A DNA stretch of 64,000 nt from Escherichia phage vB_EcoM_ESCO50. The notes under the pieces were generated by a model. It worked only from the letters and a program-made list of their open reading frames with translations, was not told where the DNA came from and did no database searches. Shown here piece after piece: positions 1 through 8,434 of this stretch (its first letter is position 1; every line of letters starts with the position of its first letter). The position numbers and the translations under genes were made by a program. The stretch is taken from the sequence record OM386664.1; one strand, given 5' to 3'.

Positions 1-952
1 AACAGTTGATACATAGGCTTTACAGAATCTTAACAGATGATTAACAAGAGCTAACAAGTTAATTTTTAAGGGTTATTTTGTTAAGATAATTAACAAGTTC
101 CTAACAAGTGTTTAACCTTTTTAACAAACTATTAACATGGTCACTACTCTTTTCTTATCATTCCCTTTCCTTTCTTAGTGACACCTTAAAAATGCCTTTT
201 AAAAGCTCTCTATAGCTCTCTATAGGCTCTTTTTAGTCTCTCCCTAGTATTTACCCCTCAAATGTATGAATAGCTCTTTATAGTGCTTTACAGTGCTTTT
301 AAGGCTATGCCAAAGGCTCTTACAAGGCTTTTACATGGCTTTAACAGAGATTTAACAAGGTGCTAACAAGTTGCTAACAAGCATAACTATGTAGGGGTTG
401 TTAATGGATTGTTAAAAAGATGTTAAAGGGGCTAGCATTTACGTAACTTTTACGTAACTTCAAAGTAACTTTATAGCCCCTTTTACGTAACTTTATAGCC
501 CCTATAACATACTTTTTAGTGACTATCAAGCCCTTTTTAGTAGTTCACGAGATACTAGTCAGCCTATAAGCTTATACCCTTAAAAGTTTCTTTTAAGGCT
601 CTGTAAAGCCTTATAAAGGGCTTTTTAAGGTTAGTTAATGCAATCCCTTAAGTTATATTGATAATGCTGTTATAGAGCGTTATAGAGCGTTATAGAGCGT
701 TATAGAGCGTTTAAAGGTTTGCCCTTCCCTCTCGGGCTATGGGCTTGTATTTAAGTTGATTTGATAAAAGGCTATAGGGTAGACTATAGAGTTATTGCTT
801 TTTAAGGTATGAGATAAACTCTATCGAATCAGTGGGAGATTCTGGAAAGGTGAGGAAAGGGATTGCATAAGGATTTGATAGACGTAAAAAAGCCCCATTT
901 AAGGGGCTATATAAAGGTGTCTGGGGCTATTTAGCCCCGCTGCATTGACAAC
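1..952. repeat. Repeat-rich non-coding region with several families of short direct repeats (TAACAAG >=7 copies, TTACGTAACTT x4, GTTATAGAGC x4 in tandem near 669-708, CTCTATAG pairs); iteron-like, candidate origin, genome end or protein-binding array
   Basis: No ORF >=60 aa in any frame; repeats read directly from sequence. Confidence 0.6.
885..908 (-). terminator. Rho-independent terminator on minus strand (stem AGCCCC/GGGGCT, followed by U-run), 3' of gene 953-1483; a second hairpin GGGGCT-ATTT-AGCCCC lies at ~923-938
   Basis: Inverted repeat with adjacent A-run on plus strand (U-run on minus transcript). Confidence 0.5.
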
Positions 953-1483
953 TTACAGATTTTTGATTGTATCATCGATATCTTTTTCAATATCTTTTAA
1001 AGTTTTTTCTAAATTCTTGATATTGAAAGATAAGCCCTCTCCCAATGTCTTAGAATAACCTTCAGGGCGTAAATCGTACAGGTTAATTTTTTCCACTTCA
1101 AAGAGACTAACCAGCTCACCGCTTACATTGTAAGCCATTGAAACAGTATTTACAGGGGCTTTATAAAACTTGTTCAATGACTTGATTGAACGCTCATAAG
1201 TCATTTTATAACTGTTTAACAGGTTTTTAACGTGATTGTAAATGTTTTTACACTCATCTAAGTAAATCTCTAAGAATAACGGTAATAATTTTGCGACAGC
1301 TTGCATAAAATGAGAGACTACAACGGTTGCAACATTACGACGATGGACATAATAAGCCCCTTTTCCTGATTTAGTGATAGTTGCAAAATGTACACCATTG
1401 CAGCGAAATTCATATGTATCTTTTACAGGTTTAGACATTACAGCATTTGAACGAATATAGTTGATAGCTTGAAATTTGTTCAT
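953..1483 (-). CDS. Hypothetical early protein (176 aa)
   Basis: ORF with GGAGA RBS ~8 nt upstream of ATG; own promoter/hairpin cassette upstream; no recognisable motif. Confidence 0.5.
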   Translation of the reverse strand: MNKFQAINYIRSNAVMSKPVKDTYEFRCNGVHFATITKSGKGAYYVHRRNVATVVVSHFMQAVAKLLPLFLEIYLDECKNIYNHVKNLLNSYKMTYERSIKSLNKFYKAPVNTVSMAYNVSGELVSLFEVEKINLYDLRPEGYSKTLGEGLSFNIKNLEKTLKDIEKDIDDTIKNL

Positions 1484-1704
1484 TTTTAGAATCTCCAGTT
1501 TAGGACTTTATTTAGTGGGGAGGTCATCCCTCCCCGTTGGTTAGTAATTTACTTGGTTTGATATCTGATTGCAAGCATTTTTTTAAGTTTATCTATAAAG
1601 AAATCTTTTAAGTGAATCCCTTTTAGATAAGCCCCCTCGAACAATATTATCAATGTCAAGAGGGATTGTCAACACTTTTTTAAAAGTTTTTTGTAAGTTA
1701 TTGA
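1484..1704 (-). promoter_or_regulatory. Type A cassette: sigma70-like promoter (TTGCAA-N17-TAAATT, ~1546-1574) followed by GC-rich 5' hairpin GGGGAGG..CCTCCCC (~1517-1535) and GGAGA RBS
   Basis: Conserved repeated intergenic sequence; hexamers and 17-nt spacing read on minus strand. Confidence 0.55.
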
Positions 1705-2046
1705 TTAGCTTATAAATATTTTTTCAGGTTTTACATAGCTGATACGCTGATTTTTTAGCAAGTCATTCCAGATTAGCGCGGCAATATGAGAATAACCGGA
1801 TTCACGTAAAATTTTCATTGTTTTCCTTCTCGTTTCAAATCTGGTTGCATAGTACTCACTATTTAAAACCGTTTTATTGCCTTCACTGTCCACATGGATA
1901 ATCTGCATTACTTGGAAGGGGCTTACATCCTCGCCTTTATTCCATTGTTCAAAGTATTTTAGGCACTGCATAGGTGACATCTTGTCACTTACTTGAGTTG
2001 ACCAAGATGAATCCTCTTTATCAGTGACTACGGTTACATAAGCCAT
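1705..2046 (-). CDS. Hypothetical early protein (113 aa)
   Basis: ORF preceded by type A cassette and RBS. Confidence 0.5.
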   Translation of the reverse strand: MAYVTVVTDKEDSSWSTQVSDKMSPMQCLKYFEQWNKGEDVSPFQVMQIIHVDSEGNKTVLNSEYYATRFETRRKTMKILRESGYSHIAALIWNDLLKNQRISYVKPEKIFIS

Positions 2047-2138
2047 ATTTTGAATCTCCTAGTTTAAGGACTTTACTTAGTGGGGAAGGTCATTCCCTCC
2101 CCGTTGATTGATAATTTATAGATTTTTATCTGGCTTGT
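2047..2138 (-). promoter_or_regulatory. Type A cassette (hairpin GGGGAGGGAATGACCTTCCCC with one G-U pair, TAAATT -10-like element, weaker -35) plus RBS
   Basis: Near-identical copy of the 1484-1560 repeat. Confidence 0.5.
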
Positions 2139-2372
2139 CTAGTCTTTTTTAATGATGATTTCATCTTGCCCGTCAACACTGTCGAAATAGATTCCATCGT
2201 CATCTTCTGTTTTAAAGTAACATTTAATGTCATCACTGGCGGGGTAGTCTTGTCTTGCTATCTGGCAAACCTGAATAGCATTTTCTTTACTCCCTGTAAA
2301 CTCCTCAAGCCCTTTAAAATCGCATGAATACCCATTACAGGTGGAAAGGATGAGATAAACGGTTATAAGCAT
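2139..2372 (-). CDS. Hypothetical small acidic protein (77 aa), hydrophobic N-terminus
   Basis: ORF; acidic C-terminal half. Confidence 0.45.
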   Translation of the reverse strand: MLITVYLILSTCNGYSCDFKGLEEFTGSKENAIQVCQIARQDYPASDDIKCYFKTEDDDGIYFDSVDGQDEIIIKKD

Positions 2373-2438
2373 GATTAAAGCCCTCTAAAAGCCCCTACAA
2401 GGGGCTGAATAGTGTTTATAAGGTGATTGTATAGGTTA

Positions 2439-2981
2439 TTAGAAAAAGCTCTTCAAATCTCTTTCTACAATGTTTTCTGTCAGTGCGTCCATGATGTCAC
2501 AAAAAACCTGAATACTATCCACCTGTTGAACACTTTTAGCAAGAAATTCTAAAGGCTCCTCAATATAGTTTAAATTCGGATTATCCAACGAAGGGAGACA
2601 AAAAGGCGAGTACATCGCATTAAACTCGGTTACGTAAACCTTTTTAATCCAATTCAAATCGAAATATTCTGTAAAACTTGCCACGCTCGACATATTATCG
2701 CAAGAGAAATCATCGTTTAATTCATCCTCTGGAATATCAAGTTCTAAGATAACAATATTTTGAGTTTTCATTTGAAAGGCCGCTGATATAGTGGCATTTC
2801 CTAGCGCTTGTTGAATTCCTTCCGATGTTATCTCTTGCTCATCGTCGCCATAGATTTTATTTTCTGGGTACACGTAAAAATTGCCGTCCATGTCCGAACA
2901 ATTCCATGCACCTGATGGCTTGTCGCCGTTATTAATCAGGTTGAGGAAATTTTCTTGAGTAGTACCGTGAAAACATTTCAT
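2439..2981 (-). CDS. Hypothetical protein (180 aa), acidic
   Basis: ORF preceded by type B cassette. Confidence 0.5.
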   Translation of the reverse strand: MKCFHGTTQENFLNLINNGDKPSGAWNCSDMDGNFYVYPENKIYGDDEQEITSEGIQQALGNATISAAFQMKTQNIVILELDIPEDELNDDFSCDNMSSVASFTEYFDLNWIKKVYVTEFNAMYSPFCLPSLDNPNLNYIEEPLEFLAKSVQQVDSIQVFCDIMDALTENIVERDLKSFF

Positions 2982-3073
2982 TTTAGAATCTCCAGTTTAG
3001 GATTTAGCGGTAAAGCTCTTTATCTGGGGCTTACTATATCGAACTGTAAGCCCCTTGTAAAGTACTTTATCAA
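2982..3073 (-). promoter_or_regulatory. Type B cassette: promoter TTTACA-N17-TATAGT with the spacer and -10 embedded in hairpin GGGGCTTAC...GTAAGCCCC, then RBS
   Basis: Conserved repeat; one stem position changed with a compensating change relative to other copies. Confidence 0.55.
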
Positions 3074-3271
3074 TTATTTTTTGACAACTTTTAAAACGGC
3101 AAGATAACCTAAACAATATGAATCACCGAAGAGAGTCCGGCCCATAAATGAATCCTCTTTAATATCCTTTGCAGTGACGGTTTTTTCTACGCCGTGGGAG
3201 AGGACTACATCGCCAACTTTAATGTCTTTGATATGTGTAGTTTCAATGTTTAAACCGTTAATAATAGCCAT
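3074..3271 (-). CDS. Hypothetical small protein (65 aa)
   Basis: ORF between two cassettes. Confidence 0.4.
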   Translation of the reverse strand: MAIINGLNIETTHIKDIKVGDVVLSHGVEKTVTAKDIKEDSFMGRTLFGDSYCLGYLAVLKVVKK

Positions 3272-3377
3272 TTTTAGAATCTCCAGTTTAGGACTTTATT
3301 TAGTGTGGGAGGTCATTCCCTCCCCGTTGATGTGTAATTTAGTCTATCTAAAAACCAGTGTCAACAATTTTTTTTTT
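3272..3377 (-). promoter_or_regulatory. Type A cassette: TTGACA (~3359-3364) N17 TAAATT (~3336-3341), 5' hairpin ~3307-3325, RBS
   Basis: Read on minus strand; consensus -35 and 17-nt spacer. Confidence 0.6.
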
Positions 3378-3782
3378 TTAAAGTTCTGTATAAATTGCGT
3401 CGCAGATATCACGAAAGTCGTGATTTGACAAATTACGCTGCAACCAAGTAGCGAAAAAATCAGCGATTGCAAAATTCGCGCCATACTCGACGGATAACCA
3501 TACTTTCACGGCGAATCTGAATATTTTTAAATCAAGTTCTTTATTCATTACCTTAGATTTGCCCAACATGTCAGCCATTTCATATTGTGCGCCGTCTAGC
3601 GTGATACCCGCTGCAACGTCAATCAGTGAGGTTTTTACGCTTTCAACGTCTAAGATAACACTCTGAATCTTCCCAATAATATTATATAAGGTTTCATCTG
3701 GCGCTGCTGATGTCAGAGCATTAATCCGGTTAACGGTCAAACGTGCTTTTAAGATTAATAACTCACGGTTATTAATAGTCAT
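3378..3782 (-). CDS. Hypothetical protein (134 aa)
   Basis: ORF with cassette upstream. Confidence 0.5.
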   Translation of the reverse strand: MTINNRELLILKARLTVNRINALTSAAPDETLYNIIGKIQSVILDVESVKTSLIDVAAGITLDGAQYEMADMLGKSKVMNKELDLKIFRFAVKVWLSVEYGANFAIADFFATWLQRNLSNHDFRDICDAIYTEL

Positions 3783-3867
3783 TTTAGAATCTCCAATTTA
3801 GGATTTAGCGGTAAAGCTCTTTATCTGGGGCTTACTATATCGAACTATAAGCCCCTTGTAAAGTACT
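3783..3867 (-). promoter_or_regulatory. Type B cassette (TTTACA-N17-TATAGT overlapping hairpin GGGGCTTA...TAAGCCCC)
   Basis: Repeat copy. Confidence 0.55.
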
Positions 3868-4140
3868 TTATACTAAATGCAGCTTTTTGCCTTTTACCAT
3901 GATGTAACTTGATGCGCTATTGCTATATACATCCTGATAAATTCTGCGCAAACGTCCTTTATAGTGAACTTTCCAGCTCGTTGGTATCTTTTTCCCATAT
4001 CCGGTAGCAGTTTTTTGAAGTCCAGCAATTTGCCAATCCAAAATATGTTGTTCCGCTTGTAAATCCTCAAAATTCATCACGCCGTCTACATAGTGGCGTA
4101 GAGTGACATTTAGAGTACGGCCATTGTTAGTAGTATACAT
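3868..4140 (-). CDS. Hypothetical protein (90 aa)
   Basis: ORF with cassette upstream. Confidence 0.5.
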   Translation of the reverse strand: MYTTNNGRTLNVTLRHYVDGVMNFEDLQAEQHILDWQIAGLQKTATGYGKKIPTSWKVHYKGRLRRIYQDVYSNSASSYIMVKGKKLHLV

Positions 4141-4235
4141 TTTTTGAATCTCCTAGTTTAAGGACTTTACTTAGTGGGGAAGGTCATTCCCTCCCCGTTG
4201 ATGTGTAATTTAATATATCTAAAAATCAGTGTCAA
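4141..4235 (-). promoter_or_regulatory. Type A cassette: TTGACA (~4230-4235, overlapping stop of upstream gene) N17 TAAATT (~4207-4212), 5' hairpin, RBS
   Basis: Repeat copy with consensus -35. Confidence 0.6.
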
Positions 4236-4564
4236 CTGTTTTGTTTTCGTTTGCTCATTTCTTGAGCAATTACAGCGTAGTAGTCTTTTAAGTCACTGAT
4301 ATTCAAAGCATTTATCAGAGAGTTATAATCATCGACTAACTGAAAATCATCTTTAAAGATATCGCTGATTTGATAGGTTTTTGCTTTAAATCTAAAGCTC
4401 ATCTCTAGCCGTTTTATTTGCTCATCGCTTAAACGCTCTAAAAAGCTCTCTACGAGGTTATTGCTAACCTGTTGTGTGATTGCCTTATCTGCTAAATTAT
4501 AGGCGCTGTAAGCCTTATAAAGTGCTATAATGGCGATGATTGCAGTAATTCCCATCATTAACAT
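4232..4564 (-). CDS. Hypothetical membrane protein (110 aa; N-terminal hydrophobic helix)
   Basis: ORF; N-terminus MLMMGITAIIAIIALYKAY is hydrophobic. Confidence 0.5.
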   Translation of the reverse strand: MLMMGITAIIAIIALYKAYSAYNLADKAITQQVSNNLVESFLERLSDEQIKRLEMSFRFKAKTYQISDIFKDDFQLVDDYNSLINALNISDLKDYYAVIAQEMSKRKQNS

Positions 4565-4580
4565 GATGTTTCCTCTTAAT

Positions 4581-5093
4581 TTAATTTTTAAAGATATTCA
4601 GCACCGAATCTTTTAATGATTCCAAGCGTTCTAATACTTCAGATTCTGCGCCTGAATTGCTCACCTCCTCTTTTAGTCTATCCTCTAAATCAACGCCGTC
4701 GCTATAGCACCAATCGAAAGCGTAACCAATAGAAAAACTATCTAAAACCGTTTTTCCGTTTGCGTCTACAACTTTTGCAGATAGGTAATACTCTGAAGCC
4801 TCTAAATCCCTTTTTAGCTCTTCCTGTAAGCTTATGTAAGCCTCACGGGATGGATTTTTCCGGCCTTGTTTTGCATAGTCGCTTGAGAGCTGTTTAAGGC
4901 TGTAATGTAAAGGGATTGCATATTTAAATTCATTGCGTTGATAGTTAGGATTTTTAATAGTCGCACCGCCTTGATGGTCATCTGTAAACTCCCAATTTTC
5001 AAGGGCATGACTTGGTTCATACCAAGTAACAGCCTCATAAATGATTGAGAATTTTTCTTTTACAACTTCAAAGGTAGCGTCTATAGTTTTCAT
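4581..5093 (-). CDS. Hypothetical protein (170 aa)
   Basis: ORF closely following upstream gene. Confidence 0.5.
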   Translation of the reverse strand: MKTIDATFEVVKEKFSIIYEAVTWYEPSHALENWEFTDDHQGGATIKNPNYQRNEFKYAIPLHYSLKQLSSDYAKQGRKNPSREAYISLQEELKRDLEASEYYLSAKVVDANGKTVLDSFSIGYAFDWCYSDGVDLEDRLKEEVSNSGAESEVLERLESLKDSVLNIFKN

Positions 5094-5177
5094 TTTAGAA
5101 TCTCCAGTTTAGGTTTAGTGATAAAGCTCTTTATCTGGGGCTTACTATATCGAACTATAAGCCCCTTGTAAAGTACT
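5094..5177 (-). promoter_or_regulatory. Type B cassette
   Basis: Repeat copy. Confidence 0.55.
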
Positions 5178-5561
5178 TTATTTGTTAATTTTGAAGATAG
5201 TTACATAGCCATCGCTCCCGATGATTTGAGATACTCCAGCTTTTTCTACTGAATAGCCCATATTCTCAAGATGATAAACAGCGTCATCATAACCATATGC
5301 GCCGCCCTGATAGCGTCTCTTATTGCATTTTATCAGGTTTTTACCACGTCCAGCAAGTGCATTTAGTACGGCTTTTTCACTTGAAAGCGTACCGTCTAAC
5401 ATTGTTGCCGTGTAATGATTGATTTTATTCCCGTTGATATCATACTTGAAATTAAACGAGTGAACAACAATTATTTTATCGTTAAATTTTTCATCAAGCG
5501 CCTTCTCTAATACATTACGGAAATTTTCTTTATTGATGAATTTAGGTGCACGATATGTCAT
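5178..5561 (-). CDS. Hypothetical protein (127 aa)
   Basis: ORF with cassette upstream. Confidence 0.5.
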   Translation of the reverse strand: MTYRAPKFINKENFRNVLEKALDEKFNDKIIVVHSFNFKYDINGNKINHYTATMLDGTLSSEKAVLNALAGRGKNLIKCNKRRYQGGAYGYDDAVYHLENMGYSVEKAGVSQIIGSDGYVTIFKINK

Positions 5562-5649
5562 TTTTAAGTTCTCCAGTTTAGGTTTAGTGATAAAGCTCTT
5601 TATCTGGGGCTTACTATATCGAACTATAAGCCCCTTGTAAAGTACTTTA
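5562..5649 (-). promoter_or_regulatory. Type B cassette
   Basis: Repeat copy. Confidence 0.55.
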
Positions 5650-5856
5650 TTAGATTTCGTAGTAGTAAACTGCTGTCTGTCTTATGTGCTTTCTTGTTAC
5701 TCTTGTAAGATAGCAATTAGAGTCTATAGCCGTTTCTACATAATTGCAATAATCAGACTCTGAAATTCTGGACCATGCACCGCAAATTTGCATGTAAAAA
5801 CGCTTTACATTTGTGTTAACGTTAGTTGTGACCATCAATTCACGACCGTATAGCAT
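5650..5856 (-). CDS. Hypothetical small protein (68 aa)
   Basis: ORF with cassette upstream. Confidence 0.4.
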   Translation of the reverse strand: MLYGRELMVTTNVNTNVKRFYMQICGAWSRISESDYCNYVETAIDSNCYLTRVTRKHIRQTAVYYYEI

Positions 5857-6368
5857 TTTTAGATTCTCCTAGTTTAAGGCTATTGGGCTTGTTTGCCTGT
5901 CTGATGAAAATACTAAATGACCATATCCAGAGAGTCAATAAAAAATTTTAAAAATATTTTCAGGAATTGCCAGAGAGGAACGGGTGCGCGCGAATACCAC
6001 AAAACAGAACACAAATCAAGAATTATTTTTCAATCCGCTACAAATTTTTCTGTTGACTTTTCTTTTTGGATGTGGTAGCCTTGTGAGAAATGGCGACATC
6101 CCCGCCTAGACCCGCTTACCTGCACAATTCTAAAATGATTTTTCTTGCCCGACCTGATTTTTCTCTGCACGTTTTGAAAATGAAAAAGCTCTTTGGAGAT
6201 TACCTGCACAGTTTGAAAATGAATTTTCTCTTTGGAGTTCAAAATTTTCTCTACAGATTTCTCTATAGAAATATACCTGCACAATTCTGAAATGAAAAAG
6301 CCCTCCTTACCTGAAAAATTTACCAGATAAGAAAGGCTTAGTCTATTGTGAATATTCTACAGAGTTTC
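5857..6368. repeat. Non-coding island with ~4 direct copies of CTGCAC(A/G)(A/T)TT(C/T)TGAAAATGA (~6115-6295) plus CTTTGGAG(A/T)T repeats and a GC-rich patch; candidate regulatory array
   Basis: Repeats read from sequence; track ORFs here (6030-6284, 6090-6290) only translate the repeats. Confidence 0.5.
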
Positions 6369-7154
6369 TTAGCTCTTTGCGTCTAAGAAGGTAACTTCTG
6401 GTGAAGAGAAGATTGCCTCGATATCCTCATCAGTTCTTGCATAAATGTAAGCATCGGCATCACTACCAAATGTCACAGCAATTCTGTGATTGCTCTTCGA
6501 CAGGTGGGTAACTAGAGCGTTACTTAGAGACATCTTTTCAACCGGAGGGTTACTTTGATGTATCTTACCTTTTCTTCGTCTGAAGAGGGTAACTGCGTTA
6601 TCTGTGAACACAACTACACCTGCAAAGTATTCTGGTTCACAGTAGTTTTTCCAACCTGAGTGTAACTCGTTGTACATCTCTGTCTCGTAGACATACAGAT
6701 AAACATCTACACTCTTCATCACCTGATTGATGATAACTGTGACAGCTTGAGGGTCAAGTCCACCGATACCTGCACCAATCATAGGTAAACCAACTTTCTT
6801 CAACTGGTTAACTTCACAGTATCTGTTAAGTTGCTTCAAAGATGACTCTAAAGCACTGTATCGGGCGTCTTTACCAGTCTTAAGCTGAGTGTAAAGGTTA
6901 GCTATACGACCTTGTTTTAAACGTGCTACAGAGAAATTACCCAGTAAATTTTCACAGGGTTTGTGGCCTATACCACCTGCATAGAGGTAAACTTCTGTAT
7001 CGGTCTCATATGCTTTTGGGTAAAGTTTAGAAATCTTGTCAGCGATACCTGCACCCATTAAATTCATACAGTTGCAACCGTGACCAATGATGTCAAACTT
7101 ACCTTTATCAAAGGCGTCAAAGATATCACCATTGATGATTTTTACAATACCCAT
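6369..7154 (-). CDS. Macro-domain-like protein (ADP-ribose binding/processing) with ~100 aa C-terminal extension
   Basis: N-terminal GDIFDA...DIIGHGCNCMNLMGAGIA and later GLPMIGAGIGGLD resemble macro-domain glycine-rich loops; motif recognition only. Confidence 0.45.
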   Translation of the reverse strand: MGIVKIINGDIFDAFDKGKFDIIGHGCNCMNLMGAGIADKISKLYPKAYETDTEVYLYAGGIGHKPCENLLGNFSVARLKQGRIANLYTQLKTGKDARYSALESSLKQLNRYCEVNQLKKVGLPMIGAGIGGLDPQAVTVIINQVMKSVDVYLYVYETEMYNELHSGWKNYCEPEYFAGVVVFTDNAVTLFRRRKGKIHQSNPPVEKMSLSNALVTHLSKSNHRIAVTFGSDADAYIYARTDEDIEAIFSSPEVTFLDAKS

Positions 7155-7355
7155 TTAACATCTCTCCCAAGATTCTTTATCTTCTGAAGGCTTTACACGT
7201 TGCCCTTCGTGGTCTACCCAGATGCACCCACATCCTTCACAGATTACTGGCATTGCATAGCCAGCTTTGAAGTCATCTTCAGTGATAAGACCTTTTAAGT
7301 CACCTGTATCACGTCCAAACATTTCGATAGAACAGTCTTTGCAGAAGTCAGCCAT
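7155..7355 (-). CDS. Small zinc-ribbon protein (66 aa; CKDC...CEGCGC)
   Basis: Two Cys pairs; directly abuts the macro-domain gene. Confidence 0.45.
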   Translation of the reverse strand: MADFCKDCSIEMFGRDTGDLKGLITEDDFKAGYAMPVICEGCGCIWVDHEGQRVKPSEDKESWERC

Positions 7356-7367
7356 ATAATATACACC

Positions 7368-7595
7368 TTATAGTTCGGTTTCTCGTAACTCTTTACCTTC
7401 ATCATAGAAGCATTTATAGAATGTGTCTATAGAGATTCTGGCAAAGGTGAGGTCTTCAAAGTATTCCTCTGGAGTTGTCCCTGTAAAACTAAAACTATCG
7501 AGGCTGTAAAATGGTATCACTGTGTCGTGACTCACGAAAACACATGCTGACGTGACTTCTCCAGTATCTTTGTCAATTACCTCTAGAGCTTTCAT
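7368..7595 (-). CDS. Hypothetical acidic protein (75 aa)
   Basis: ORF. Confidence 0.4.
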   Translation of the reverse strand: MKALEVIDKDTGEVTSACVFVSHDTVIPFYSLDSFSFTGTTPEEYFEDLTFARISIDTFYKCFYDEGKELRETEL

Positions 7596-7896
7596 AGCTT
7601 ACCTTTTCGGTTAGTTCATATAAATCAACATGCTCAATGCTGTCAATGTTGATATCAATCTTTTTGAAACGTTCTATCACTTCGTTGGCAGTCATCCATA
7701 TCAGACACCAATGATTCTTGATGGATTCTTCAAGAAGGTCAACACAGTCTTTAAAGGTTTTTGTATCACTCCTTGTTCCGACTACTGCAATTGTCCCATA
7801 TAGCCACTTACCATTGTCATAAGATACTTGTGCTACACCAACCTCTTTATCTTTCTCGTAGTAAACGGCTACAAAGTCTCTTCCATTAATCTGCAT
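7573..7896 (-). CDS. Hypothetical protein (107 aa)
   Basis: ORF. Confidence 0.45.
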   Translation of the reverse strand: MQINGRDFVAVYYEKDKEVGVAQVSYDNGKWLYGTIAVVGTRSDTKTFKDCVDLLEESIKNHWCLIWMTANEVIERFKKIDINIDSIEHVDLYELTEKVSYESSRGN

Positions 7897-7898
7897 AG

Positions 7899-8168
7899 TT
7901 ACTTCCTCGTTTTAAGAACTGCTAAGATTTCTTTAGAGTCTGGTAAGAACCATGTGTAGTGATTTTCTTTGATTTCTGGATGAGTGTCAACCTTTATTTT
8001 GCACTCTTTACCAACATGCTTAAGCTGTGCTGTGACACCTTGCATAAAGATATGGCACATCACATTATCCATAATGGTTGGTGAGAAATCAATTCGCATA
8101 TAAGTTTCTTTTGGTCGTGGTAACAGTAAGTAACCCTCTACATAGAAAGTATCTTGATTCTCTGTCAT
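7899..8168 (-). CDS. Hypothetical protein (89 aa)
   Basis: ORF. Confidence 0.45.
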   Translation of the reverse strand: MTENQDTFYVEGYLLLPRPKETYMRIDFSPTIMDNVMCHIFMQGVTAQLKHVGKECKIKVDTHPEIKENHYTWFLPDSKEILAVLKTRK

Positions 8169-8434
8169 TGCTGCTTATTCCCTAATAAAATCATGTCAAT
8201 AAGGTTGTTAGCTTTGATTGTGCACTGGTAAAAGCCGTCACGATAGAACTCAAGTGCTGCTGCTACATCACTGCCTGTGTTACCTTTGATGATATACCGT
8301 GATTCTTCTTGAGTGTACTTATCACTCTCACTTACTTGGGAGTTTTTGAATGTACTGCTCACTTTGTTCGTTGAACACCCTGACATAGTTATCAGTAACA
8401 CAAACATTATAAAACTCTGGCTTAGTTTTTTCAT
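8165..8434 (-). CDS. Putative lipoprotein, possible outer-membrane spanin (Rz1-like), in a different frame overlapping the 3' end of the upstream gene
   Basis: Signal peptide with lipobox-like ITMSGC; ~107-nt out-of-frame overlap with 8328-8675. Confidence 0.4.
   Translation of the reverse strand: MKKLSQSFIMFVLLITMSGCSTNKVSSTFKNSQVSESDKYTQEESRYIIKGNTGSDVAAALEFYRDGFYQCTIKANNLIDMILLGNKQQ

Noticed and set aside
669-708. Four perfect tandem copies of GTTATAGAGC, considered as a possible CRISPR-like array
   Set aside because: 10-bp units with no spacers between them; this is a simple tandem repeat within a wider iteron-like region, not a CRISPR array.
1517-5640. Type A and type B cassette hairpins as rho-independent terminators
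   Set aside because: Neither hairpin is followed by a U-tract on the minus transcript; they sit inside or just downstream of promoter hexamers, so they were called promoter-associated stem-loops.
6030-6290. Track ORFs 6030-6284 (minus) and 6090-6290 (plus) as coding genes
   Set aside because: They lie wholly within the 21-nt repeat array and their peptide repeats just mirror the DNA repeats; no convincing RBS. Treated as non-coding.
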